Source: a virus
Length of the DNA: 64,000 nucleotides
Direction: 5' to 3' (one strand)
Virus record (IMG/VR): IMGVR_UViG_3300030004_000009
Span: 112,704-176,703 of that record
The notes under the pieces are model-generated. The model saw only the letters and a program-made list of their open reading frames with translations, made no database searches and was not told the origin of the DNA. Of the stretch, positions 56,001-64,000 are shown piece after piece (the stretch's first letter is position 1; each line of letters starts with the position of its first letter). A program made the translations under genes and the position numbers.

Positions 56001-57407
56001 GCAGCAACTCCGGCGTTCAGGGCGATAGTAGCAAATGACATACCAACGCTGTTAAATACTGTTAATATTGGCGGGACACCATCCGGGTTATCTTATACTA
56101 ATTCACTTTATATCCAACGAAGTACAACTGCAGCCGGAATAGTTGGCATTCAAAACACTAACGCTTCCGGATACTCCGATATACATTTTTATGATAATAA
56201 CGAAAACTTGCAACTATCATTAGGAACAAACAATTCAGGGGTGAGTAATCCATTTTATAATTTCATAAATTCAAATTCCGGCAATATAATTTCATTCAAA
56301 TTTTCAACTAACGGAACACCTATTGGCACTATTTCGACCACAGCTTCAGGAACTTCGGTTACCGGAACAGGCACATCTTTTACAAGTACTTTTTTTGTAG
56401 GGCAGAGCATAACAGCAAATGGAGAAACTCACGTTATTTCTGCCATCCCAAGCGATTTATCCATGACTACAACAGCATGGACAAACACTAACACAAATAT
56501 TAATTATTCATTTTCAAGCACGACTCCGTTATCTTTATACGCTAACGGCACTACTTATGTAAATGGGAGGCTCGGATTATTGACAGGTTCTCCAACCCAT
56601 ACAATTACTCACGGTTCAACTTCTACAGGTACTGCTGTTTATAACACATCAGACCAAGTAACTAATTACGAACGAATAGTACAGCAATATCAGTCGAATA
56701 TATACACAATCGGCTCTTATGCTGGGGGTACTGGTACAGTTAGATCAATACAATTCGGAGCTGCGTTGGGTGTTGGAACAACCTTAGGCACGAGTGCGAG
56801 GATTTTTACTATAAATCAGGGCAGTTCTGGAAATATTGGATTTTTCGATTTTTTCTCACCGTCTACGTCTAGTACGAGCCATGTGTCATTCGAGTCAACT
56901 TTATCAAGCTCAAGTGTGACACAACATCTTTTGTCCATCCAACCGACTGCCTCGAATACGTTAGCAGGTGGGTATATAGGGTTGTACATGCCGGTTTTTG
57001 AGAGTTCATTTACTGGCACTGTTGCGAATTTTATTGATGTGGGGCTTACCACAGCCGCTAATGGGGGTGGTACCTATACAAGTAAATGGAAGGTGGACCA
57101 TTCAGGCAATAGCGCGCAAAGCGGCTATTTAGCCATCAATCAGCCCCCAACCGCCGTGAGTTGTTCAACAAGCGGAACCGCTAATTTTAACGAAATACAG
57201 CAGGGTAGTGCCTTCAAAATGGTTGTTGTAACGCTATCCGCTGCATTAGGAACAGCGAGTTATACATACGCCACCGCTTTTACGAATACCCCGGTAATTT
57301 TAACCACGTCGGGGCTATCAGCCTCTTTAGTAACAACAAACGGAACGTCATCGATTACAATTACCGGCGCAACAAGCACCGGGACACTTATACTTATGGG
57401 TAATTAA
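53085..57407 (+). CDS. Large S/T/G-rich fibre or receptor-binding protein
   Basis: 1440 aa; VTSFNTRTGAITL, LVKNE..NGAY..WILTR..D and YLQLTGGTVTG fibre motifs. Confidence 0.75.
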   Translation: MLQTGSNNPFTIIDSSMEQTDKILSIETVNSTTCISDLTPACTNGVHNSLYGLQGGIPTERYHTTALINAGLVAATTPSNTNPFVTQSVVNTLIGNASDMYLTIINPVFDGLLSGGNIALSNIQYILFNGDTDMNWRIGYDMGAFSLTNVATPLTIVTGTGSTDGFAIGGTEGSSFFEIKGSTGNAYFLQGLSVNNSPVNPTDVTRMTDFNNGLSVNSTNFIGLGGQLIEGVNIDQNGNQFELSDDLYSSTYLWMGPDPSNPGIEIGIGSGSSASFMEFYTTGLGLYFEYGGGGSQVILLSSEGGILVQDAINNIGVLYASDYSSNWSSDTPLVIPNIGYLYDNFISIGGSDQTITQVPNFQNGLVSSSGGYTTSVDPTEFQALYSGNGFYSRLTWDGLEFYNSSNSALFSIDAYNGIFSGSLVMRFMSEINVLDPVNGADPVTLDYANANYALSSGTYVTSFNTRTGAITLLASDVTTVLNGTTLTGPIYLAGDATTALEPASFGQLLNYVNGLNWKHSVTVSTTGTLPAYTTSSDFLTLTASSNGAFPTIDGISLSSGVDTILVKNESGSLRTNNGAYELTQQGSISTPWILTRTIDSNTSLELSGATYLVREGSTQQGQVYLVNSNPVTLGTTQITLALSAGPNTYLSDGITITQSGNVFSLNTSYTDGRYLQLTGGTVTGNIGINGGTLSSNYSGLIGTLSGSRLVSGGGNYIELSSGGSYNSITLNTNNLVNITNPTTTIQFSGNTITNTGNSATVLWSNQGYITGTTISTLYVPYTGATSNVNLGIYSLTSGAITSTGQSSFTGSGGEPAVTITSAGGSNPEALIVNGTSTFNSTTEINAGLSANTIVNNGTGGNGYYSGIAQSPAPATPVSGTEVLYVNSSSQWTFLGHNGFAASLTKSLLTASQVYSFPNSTGTFVDGGVINWPGTIYSTPTTATVTSGGVLTFAPALATQTANTFLAGPSSGSAATPAFRAIVANDIPTLLNTVNIGGTPSGLSYTNSLYIQRSTTAAGIVGIQNTNASGYSDIHFYDNNENLQLSLGTNNSGVSNPFYNFINSNSGNIISFKFSTNGTPIGTISTTASGTSVTGTGTSFTSTFFVGQSITANGETHVISAIPSDLSMTTTAWTNTNTNINYSFSSTTPLSLYANGTTYVNGRLGLLTGSPTHTITHGSTSTGTAVYNTSDQVTNYERIVQQYQSNIYTIGSYAGGTGTVRSIQFGAALGVGTTLGTSARIFTINQGSSGNIGFFDFFSPSTSSTSHVSFESTLSSSSVTQHLLSIQPTASNTLAGGYIGLYMPVFESSFTGTVANFIDVGLTTAANGGGTYTSKWKVDHSGNSAQSGYLAINQPPTAVSCSTSGTANFNEIQQGSAFKMVVVTLSAALGTASYTYATAFTNTPVILTTSGLSASLVTTNGTSSITITGATSTGTLILMGN

Positions 57408-57417
57408 CTAAAAACAT

Positions 57418-57753
57418 ATGAATAATATAGACTTCGTAGGAGAAGATCCCACAATAGAAGATGGAGTACCAACAAGTGGATGTTTAACCTCTAATCAAGA
57501 CATGATAAACCATAACAACCTAGGTAATATACAAGGAGGGACTCTTAATGAAAGATATCACTTAACATTAGCTCAACTTAATACCTTACCACAAGTATAT
57601 ACAGTATCAGATTCTGGAACACCATTATCAAATGCAACACTAAATTCAGATTATCCATCAGCCACTAATGGTAGTATAGTTAAAGGTCAAGATGTTATCT
57701 ATCAATTAATTAATGGTAGTTGGTTTTATTATGCCTATAGTGCATGTTCTTAA
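57418..57753 (+). CDS. Small fibre-related protein
   Basis: HNNLGNIQGG..ERYHLT motif shared with the fibre N-terminus. Confidence 0.6.
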   Translation: MNNIDFVGEDPTIEDGVPTSGCLTSNQDMINHNNLGNIQGGTLNERYHLTLAQLNTLPQVYTVSDSGTPLSNATLNSDYPSATNGSIVKGQDVIYQLINGSWFYYAYSACS

Positions 57754-57788
57754 AGATAATATAAATTAATTAAATTATAAAATAAATA

Positions 57789-58073
57789 ATGGCAACTATA
57801 GTCGCAATTACAAATGAGCCTAAAACAGGCAAACCACGTACCTTAACAGTTAATGTAGGTGCAGTTAACTTATCTTATGAGATATCACTTAATGACACAG
57901 ATGGAACAGTAATACTAGCAGGTAAACAACAAACTTTTAATTACAATCCAAATGCAACTCCAATTAGATCTACTAGTACTGTAGCACCAACCACTATTAG
58001 TACTGCTCAGACAACATTTGCTAATGCGGTTGCTACTGCATTTATAGCTTATTATGAAGCAACAAATAGTTAA
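57789..58073 (+). CDS. Small structural protein
   Basis: 94 aa, T/A-rich. Confidence 0.55.
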   Translation: MATIVAITNEPKTGKPRTLTVNVGAVNLSYEISLNDTDGTVILAGKQQTFNYNPNATPIRSTSTVAPTTISTAQTTFANAVATAFIAYYEATNS

Positions 58074-58110
58074 GATAGACTTAATTTAAAACTTTTAATA
58101 ACCACCTATC

Positions 58111-58419
58111 ATGTTTCCGGATTACGGTCATCCAATAACTCCCTATTTACCTACTACAGGTCAAGCTAAAATAGCAGTTACTAGTACAGCAGTAATGTTA
58201 CCTATTACTGTACCATTTAAACAGATTATAATTATTGCAAAAGTAACAAATACAGCAGATATATTAGTTGGCATAGAATCAGTAGCAAATACAGAAGATG
58301 GTACAGGTACTGGAGTTATAGTTCCACCAGGTGCTTCTATAACAATGGCAGCATCAGATAGTATTCCACTTTATATTAATGGTACTTCTGGTGATATAAT
58401 TTCATATATAACAAACTAA
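58111..58419 (+). CDS. Small beta-rich structural protein
   Basis: A..TNT..ILVG..G..VPPGASI..LYI.G pattern. Confidence 0.55.
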   Translation: MFPDYGHPITPYLPTTGQAKIAVTSTAVMLPITVPFKQIIIIAKVTNTADILVGIESVANTEDGTGTGVIVPPGASITMAASDSIPLYINGTSGDIISYITN

Positions 58420-58422
58420 AAT

Positions 58423-58710
58423 ATGGAAAATTTACAATATACACCAGGTTTGTCAGCTTATCAATTAGCCTCTAAGATAGTAAATACACAGACAACACTA
58501 GTTGCTGGTACAAAAGCTCTAACTATTGCTGGAGTTACAACAAGTTCTCACGCATATGTGCAATTAGTTACACCTGGTACTACAACATTAACAGTTCAGT
58601 ATCAAGTAGTGTGTACTGCTAATACAGTCACTATACAGGCTAATATTGCTGCAGGTACCATTAATGTAGCAGATATAAGTGTACTAAACGTATTAGTATT
58701 TAAACAATGA
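58423..58710 (+). CDS. Small beta-rich structural protein
   Basis: TLVAGT..VTTSS..D.S.LN pattern. Confidence 0.55.
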   Translation: MENLQYTPGLSAYQLASKIVNTQTTLVAGTKALTIAGVTTSSHAYVQLVTPGTTTLTVQYQVVCTANTVTIQANIAAGTINVADISVLNVLVFKQ

Positions 58711-59192
58711 CAAATTTTTATACAGAAGTTATTAAAAAGAGTCCTAACTTCAACTCAACTAAGATTATTAATGATATTAACTTATTAGAACCTATCACAA
58801 GAGCATCAGTAATGGCTATCATTACTGATGCTAAATCATTAGGTCATGAAATGATCGTTTACGAAACTTATAGAAGTGAGGCTAGACAACAAGAACTTTT
58901 TAAACAGGGAGCTACCAAATTAAAAGATGTAGGTGTACATGGCTATGGACTTGCAGCAGATATAGTTAAAGTAGTAAAAGGTGAACCTAATTGGGATGGT
59001 GACTTTACTTTCTTAATAAATCTTGCTAAGAAACATGGTTTAATATCAGGTAATGATTGGGGACGTCCAGGAGTTAAACATTCATTTGTAGATCCTGATC
59101 ATGTACAGCGTATTACAATAGAAGATCAAGAAAAATTATTTCATGGATTATGGTATCCAGATGAACATTATAATCCATATATTAAACATTAA
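58707..59192 (+). CDS. M15 family peptidase endolysin
   Basis: ETYRSEARQQELF..HGYGLAADI..GNDW..DPDHVQ. Confidence 0.88.
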   Translation: MTNFYTEVIKKSPNFNSTKIINDINLLEPITRASVMAIITDAKSLGHEMIVYETYRSEARQQELFKQGATKLKDVGVHGYGLAADIVKVVKGEPNWDGDFTFLINLAKKHGLISGNDWGRPGVKHSFVDPDHVQRITIEDQEKLFHGLWYPDEHYNPYIKH

Positions 59193-59194
59193 AT

Positions 59195-59572
59195 ATGAGT
59201 AATCCTTCAGTAAGTATAATAGCTCCTTCAACTACTACAGATAATGTAGTTCTTATGTTAACCGGAGTAGTAGTACAAGGCACTTATCCAATAAAATATC
59301 AAGTGTGGACAAAGGATAGTGGACCTGATTGTACCTTCACAGCAGCTGTAAGTTGTATAAACCAAGTTTATGAATTATATCCTGGTACATATGTTTTTAG
59401 ATTAACTGCTTATGATCAATTACTTAATACTGGAACAACTACTTGTACAGTTACTGTATCATCTAATGGAGGTCCTTTATATCTTCCAGGACATAATGTA
59501 GATAACACAATACCAACTGATCCTTTTTTACAGGTTGGTTATACAACACCTTTAGATGTAATACTAACATGA
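59195..59572 (+). CDS. PKD/Ig-like domain protein
   Basis: WTKDSGP..L.PGTYVFRLTAYD..TVTV. Confidence 0.7.
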   Translation: MSNPSVSIIAPSTTTDNVVLMLTGVVVQGTYPIKYQVWTKDSGPDCTFTAAVSCINQVYELYPGTYVFRLTAYDQLLNTGTTTCTVTVSSNGGPLYLPGHNVDNTIPTDPFLQVGYTTPLDVILT

Positions 59573-59829
59573 AGACTTTTAAATTATTATATGCTAGGTG
59601 GATAGGTCCTACACCAGACTTCTTTAAGATTATAATCTGGATTGGTTTATTCTGTGGAACTCTCGGTGGTGGACTTAAAGCAGCTAGTAACTATATACCT
59701 GATAAAATATCAAATATAGCTGGTTACTTAGTAACAACAGGTATTGCTAGCGCTACAGTGGCTAAATTTACAGTTAAAGATGATAAAGATATACAGCATA
59801 AAGCAGAAGAAATATTACATTCTAATTAA
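59569..59829 (+). CDS. Two-TM holin-like protein
   Basis: RW..PTPDFFK plus two TM helices; near the endolysin. Confidence 0.55.
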   Translation: MKTFKLLYARWIGPTPDFFKIIIWIGLFCGTLGGGLKAASNYIPDKISNIAGYLVTTGIASATVAKFTVKDDKDIQHKAEEILHSN

Positions 59830-62295
59830 ATGAGTCAAATCTTTGTTAAAGATAATTCTGGTAATAAGGTGCAAGTTGCAGAACTTGCATCTATTATAGG
59901 AAAACAGCAGATGATATTTGGAGGAAAGGATCAAGATCTAATTTTACGTACTGCTGGGAATGTATCAGTACAAGTTGGTAATAAACTTTATCCTTTAACT
60001 TTTTCAACAGCAACTACAACAAGTACTGATGAAACTGGTAGTGTAACTACTATATTAGCTTTAAATTCTGATCTTAAGGATTTAAAATATCCTGGTGATG
60101 GAAATTATGTCTTTATACAACAGAATAGCTCATTCTTCATAACATCAGATAATAGTTATATTCAATTAAGTGGTCCTCCATCCACATTAAGTGGTAGTTC
60201 TATTATAAGTAATTCTAATGGTTATTTAAGTTATACTATTCCTCAAACTCTTACTGGTGCTCAAGCACTTCAAGTAAGCCTAAATAGTGGGAATATAAAT
60301 AGCTTTAATGATATTACAAGTTATACTAAGAGTAGTGTTTATACTAATCAGTTACTATATAACATAACTAATCAGTCACATTATGTACTTACAGTACCAA
60401 GTAGTCCATCACTACAATCTAGTTGGCAACCACTCTATTTATCTCTTATAAATGGTGGTAATATTTTAAAACCAGTATCTATCACTCTAGCTGATACACA
60501 GGTACAGACTAATTCGGCATTACATATAACTGGTGATGCACCTACTATTTTTAGTATACCTAAAGCTCCAACTACTCTTTTTACAATTGGAGCATCTGAT
60601 TATAGTTCAGGTCTTGCTACATGGACTAATAACGGTAATGTTTTCTTTCAACTACTTAATTCGAACTATCAATCTACATTTAACTTTATAACTAATACGA
60701 AGTTAGGTAACACTAATAATCTTTTAACTATAAGTAATAGTAGTATAGCAATTAATACTAATTTAAATTATAACTATAGTTTAAATGTAGGTGGTCCAAT
60801 TATGTTAACTGGAAGTTTCACTCAGACTGGCAATACACAGTCATCTAACTTCTTACAGGGTCAGACTGGATTTGGAATTACAAAGGATAGTTCTAATTTA
60901 TGGACATTAGAAATTGATAATATTATTGTAAGAGATCAATTAACTCATAATCCTATATATCAAACTATAGGCTTAGATGGTAGTCAAATATTTAGTCAAG
61001 ATATTATAATAACTAATGTAGATTTTATAGAGGGGTTTCCTATTTATATGAATGCAACAGCTTCTGGTCAGTTTTCTGACAATATAGGTACAGTTAGAGT
61101 TTTATCTACTCGTGCTACAAATGCGCATGTTGTACATATACCTATTGCTAATTTAAATACTGATGCACCTACTCAAACTTATGAAATTATACCTCTTTCA
61201 TATGGTATTGGTGATATTTATAATGACTCTACAGTTGATACTTCTACAACATATAATCAAGCTTCTGATCTTAGTTATTATACTCCAACAGGTACTATAG
61301 ATTATGATAGTATGACTCAATCGTTTATTAGTGGTAGTACATTACTTCAAATTAATTCAATATCTGTTTATTTTATACAAACTTTATCTACACTTTATGT
61401 AGGTGATTTATTATATTATAAAATGTGGGATTACAATGGTAATTACTTAGATGCAATAAGAGCTGAAGTAGTTTTAGTTGTTAGTGATGGTTATTTTATT
61501 TATATTTATGATGGAGGTATAGTTAATGCAGGTACTAGATTAATACGTATAGGAAATACAAGTGGTACTAATGCTTATTTACAATCTAGCTCTATTGAAA
61601 ACTTAAATCCTTTTATAGAACTAATTAGTAACATAACTACATTTAATACCTTTGTCGATAATTATTATTATGAACAAGATACTGATAATTTAGGATTTAA
61701 TTTTATAGAGAACAGTTGGACTAATCCTATAAATACTAGAGTTAAGATTGGGGATCTGTCTAATATTTTAGGATCTTCTAAGGCTATAGCCTTAGGGTTA
61801 ACTACACAACAATACGGTTTATATTCTGATAATGTATATTTAGAAGGAAGTCTTATAGCAACTGGTATTCTAAGAGCTAATAATGCACCAGTATTGTCAA
61901 CTGATGTTGTAAGATTATCTGATTTATCAGCTGTATTTAATGGTGCTTATTTTGGACAAACTGGAAGTCTTACTGATGGAGGACATTATAATAATCCCTC
62001 ATTAAGTGATAATACCTTTAGAGTTGGAGCTTGGTTAGACATATTAAGTATTAGTGGTAGCTGTACCATCATAGTTCAAGTTACATTTACTAATCCAGCT
62101 AGTAATGTTATTACTCAGACTTTCTATCCACAAGGTGTTTCTACTGGTACTACATTGTCTACAGTAACTTCATATTCATTCCCTACAATGGATCTTAGAG
62201 CTTTAGTTAGTACTACAATTCAGGTATCTACTACAGTTTCTGGTTCTGGTACTATTTTATATAATCTTGGCTCTACTATTGAAATTAAAAGATAA
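59830..62295 (+). CDS. Large structural or tail-associated protein
   Basis: 821 aa; DLILRTAGNVSVQVGNK, LEIDNIIVR and GLYSDNVYL motifs. Confidence 0.65.
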   Translation: MSQIFVKDNSGNKVQVAELASIIGKQQMIFGGKDQDLILRTAGNVSVQVGNKLYPLTFSTATTTSTDETGSVTTILALNSDLKDLKYPGDGNYVFIQQNSSFFITSDNSYIQLSGPPSTLSGSSIISNSNGYLSYTIPQTLTGAQALQVSLNSGNINSFNDITSYTKSSVYTNQLLYNITNQSHYVLTVPSSPSLQSSWQPLYLSLINGGNILKPVSITLADTQVQTNSALHITGDAPTIFSIPKAPTTLFTIGASDYSSGLATWTNNGNVFFQLLNSNYQSTFNFITNTKLGNTNNLLTISNSSIAINTNLNYNYSLNVGGPIMLTGSFTQTGNTQSSNFLQGQTGFGITKDSSNLWTLEIDNIIVRDQLTHNPIYQTIGLDGSQIFSQDIIITNVDFIEGFPIYMNATASGQFSDNIGTVRVLSTRATNAHVVHIPIANLNTDAPTQTYEIIPLSYGIGDIYNDSTVDTSTTYNQASDLSYYTPTGTIDYDSMTQSFISGSTLLQINSISVYFIQTLSTLYVGDLLYYKMWDYNGNYLDAIRAEVVLVVSDGYFIYIYDGGIVNAGTRLIRIGNTSGTNAYLQSSSIENLNPFIELISNITTFNTFVDNYYYEQDTDNLGFNFIENSWTNPINTRVKIGDLSNILGSSKAIALGLTTQQYGLYSDNVYLEGSLIATGILRANNAPVLSTDVVRLSDLSAVFNGAYFGQTGSLTDGGHYNNPSLSDNTFRVGAWLDILSISGSCTIIVQVTFTNPASNVITQTFYPQGVSTGTTLSTVTSYSFPTMDLRALVSTTIQVSTTVSGSGTILYNLGSTIEIKR

Positions 62296-62322
62296 GATGT
62301 TGTATAAATAAAGTAATTTTTA

Positions 62323-62354
62323 TTTGGTTAAATCAAATAATAGTATTATATTTG
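62323..62354 (+). promoter_or_regulatory. Bacteroidota -33/-7 promoter
   Basis: TTTG-N20-TATATTTG. Confidence 0.8.
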
Positions 62355-62376
62355 CAAAATTAAACAATAAGAACAA

Positions 62377-62667
62377 ATGAAAACAATCGAAAACAAAATG
62401 ACAACCATCCTTAAAACACAGGATGCAGTAGCAAGCTACGCTGATCTATTAACCTCGCTTCTTAATAGACCGTTACAAAAGACAGTAACACTTAAAGAAA
62501 TGCGTAGGGATCTAAAATTAATAGATAAATTAGAAGATGCGGATGAAATTATAGAGGTAACAGATGAGGAATTTAAGCACCTTGCTCAACTTGTAGAAAC
62601 CTCTGAGTGGGCTATTAAACATCAGGACATTCTTGACTTTAGTGAGTATTTTGAATCATTAGTTTAA
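62377..62667 (+). CDS. Hypothetical protein, possible fibre chaperone
   Basis: 96 aa acidic helical protein after fibre genes. Confidence 0.55.
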   Translation: MKTIENKMTTILKTQDAVASYADLLTSLLNRPLQKTVTLKEMRRDLKLIDKLEDADEIIEVTDEEFKHLAQLVETSEWAIKHQDILDFSEYFESLV

Positions 62668-62713
62668 CTAATGATTCAAAGATAGACAATAGTAAAATTA
62701 AATATGAATTAAT

Positions 62714-63826
62714 ATGATAGAAAATGAAGAAGATCTCTCAATCTTTGAAGATGATTTAAATAATGAAAATAATGGGGGAACTGATCTCTTACCCTTTTCT
62801 TTAGAAGGAGATGAAAATGAAAATGATGATGAGCATGAGCATGATGATTTTGAAATAAAGTCATTTGAGGGTAATGGTGAAGATTATGACAATGATCAAC
62901 CTATTATTCCTTCTTATAAGGAAAATGCCTTAATTAACGACATACTTGCACTTAAAGGAATTAAAGATAAAACTATTCAGTTTGAGAATGAAGAGGGTGA
63001 AATAGAGAATGTAAATTTTTACGACTTACCTAAAAATGAACAACTTAATATCATAAACTCTTCTGAAAAAGATATAGACTTTGGTCTTGAAGAAGATGAA
63101 ACCAATGCTATTAATTTCTTACGTGAGAATGGAGTAACATTTGAAGAGGCTATTGATTATTTTAAACGTGAAGCTATACAAGAGTATATAAATGCTCAAA
63201 ATATAGCTGGAATAGAAGTAGATCAATATACAGATGAGCAATTATTTGCAATAGACCTTAAAGCTAGATATGAAAACTTAACGGATGATGAGATAGCTAT
63301 TGAGGTTGAAAAACAATTAGAACATCCAGATCTATTTAAGAAGAAGGTAGATAAACTAAGAACAGACTATAAAGAGATAGAAGTGACGCAACTACAAGCT
63401 GCACAACAACAACAAGAGTTAATTGATGAACAAAGATATAATGACCTCCAAGCTAGTTTAGTTTCTGTTGCTACATCAGTACAAGACATAGGTGGTTTAG
63501 ATATAGATAATGAGGATAAAGAAGAAATCTTATCTTACATCTTAGATAAAGATATGAATGGCGTAAGTCAATTCATAAAATCTTTAGACAGTCCTGATAA
63601 GCTTTTTGAGCTTGCTTGGTATGCTACTAAGGGTAAGGAAGCTTTTAACATATTACACGATTATTATAAAAAGCAAATAGATATTACTCGTAAGTCTTCT
63701 TACGATAAAGGTAGAGACGAAGCTCTTGGTAAAGTTGATACCACTCGAAAAACTTTTATACGTGATCAACCAAAACAGTCAAATGGAACTAAATTCAAAG
63801 ACATTATGGACTTTGACCATGACTAA
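62714..63826 (+). CDS. Acidic conserved protein preceding MCP (scaffold-like)
   Basis: D/E-rich N-terminus, position directly upstream of MCP. Confidence 0.7.
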   Translation: MIENEEDLSIFEDDLNNENNGGTDLLPFSLEGDENENDDEHEHDDFEIKSFEGNGEDYDNDQPIIPSYKENALINDILALKGIKDKTIQFENEEGEIENVNFYDLPKNEQLNIINSSEKDIDFGLEEDETNAINFLRENGVTFEEAIDYFKREAIQEYINAQNIAGIEVDQYTDEQLFAIDLKARYENLTDDEIAIEVEKQLEHPDLFKKKVDKLRTDYKEIEVTQLQAAQQQQELIDEQRYNDLQASLVSVATSVQDIGGLDIDNEDKEEILSYILDKDMNGVSQFIKSLDSPDKLFELAWYATKGKEAFNILHDYYKKQIDITRKSSYDKGRDEALGKVDTTRKTFIRDQPKQSNGTKFKDIMDFDHD

Positions 63827-63846
63827 TTTTAAAACAAGTTAATTAC

Positions 63847-64000
63847 ATGCAATTATTTAATTTAACGACTGTTAAGTCTACAATGGGTACTACAAAGACC
63901 TATGAGGATTTTCACAAATTTTTAGGTGCTAAACCTCATCGTTTAGGCATAGTTGCCCGTCATTATCAAGATTTTACAGCTTCTTATTTAACAGAGAGCT
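63847..64000 (+). CDS. Major capsid protein, 5' end (truncated by window)
   Basis: MQLFNLTTVKSTMGTTKTYEDFHKFLGAKPHRLGIVARHYQDFTASYLTES resembles the crAss-like MCP N-terminus; synteny. Confidence 0.8.
   Translation, partial: MQLFNLTTVKSTMGTTKTYEDFHKFLGAKPHRLGIVARHYQDFTASYLTES

Noticed and set aside
1702-57052. Short antisense or nested ORFs in the track (e.g. 1987+, 4021+, 19843+, 38481-, 51559-, 55385-)
   Set aside because: Shadows of longer genes against the local strand bias, with no recognisable motifs
53085-62295. Diversity-generating retroelement acting on fibre genes
   Set aside because: No reverse transcriptase or template/variable repeat pair seen in the window
1-64000. Stop-codon reassignment (TAG to Gln or TGA to Trp) as in some crAss-like phages
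   Set aside because: Portal, TerL exons, fibre and Nampt-like genes are intact in code 11; TGA and TAG end genes at overlapping junctions; no suppressor tRNA seen

Overview
AT-rich 64-kb segment of a crAss-like (Crassvirales) phage infecting a Bacteroidota host; host inferred from TTTG-N20-TAnnTTTG promoters and the A-rich leaders of the early genes. Standard genetic code. A strand switch lies at about 37.3-37.6 kb. The left arm (minus strand, 1-37.3 kb) carries the 5' part of a family-B DNA polymerase, a PemK-like and a MazG-like gene, a Prs-like plus Nampt-like pair (NARP1-type NAD+ reconstitution), two tandem SemiSWEET genes, TerD, GH73, Nudix, dozens of small early ORFs, 4 tRNAs and a tmRNA. 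The right arm (plus strand) carries T5orf172 and RepL-like genes, lysis genes, a PD-(D/E)XK nuclease, a GroES-like gene, a terminase large subunit split by a group I intron with a LAGLIDADG ORF, portal, fibre/structural genes, an M15 endolysin and the start of the major capsid protein. The most unusual content is non-coding and lies in the early arm: a complete hammerhead ribozyme in the leader of an early gene; five tRNA-shaped elements with rebuilt anticodon arms, four of which display CAU and read as antisense to start-codon regions; about 4 kb of back-to-back structured RNA domains, including about 390-nt and 700-nt multi-hairpin RNAs; and several repeated DNA/RNA motifs. All assignments were made by eye from sequence motifs; no database search or folding program was run.
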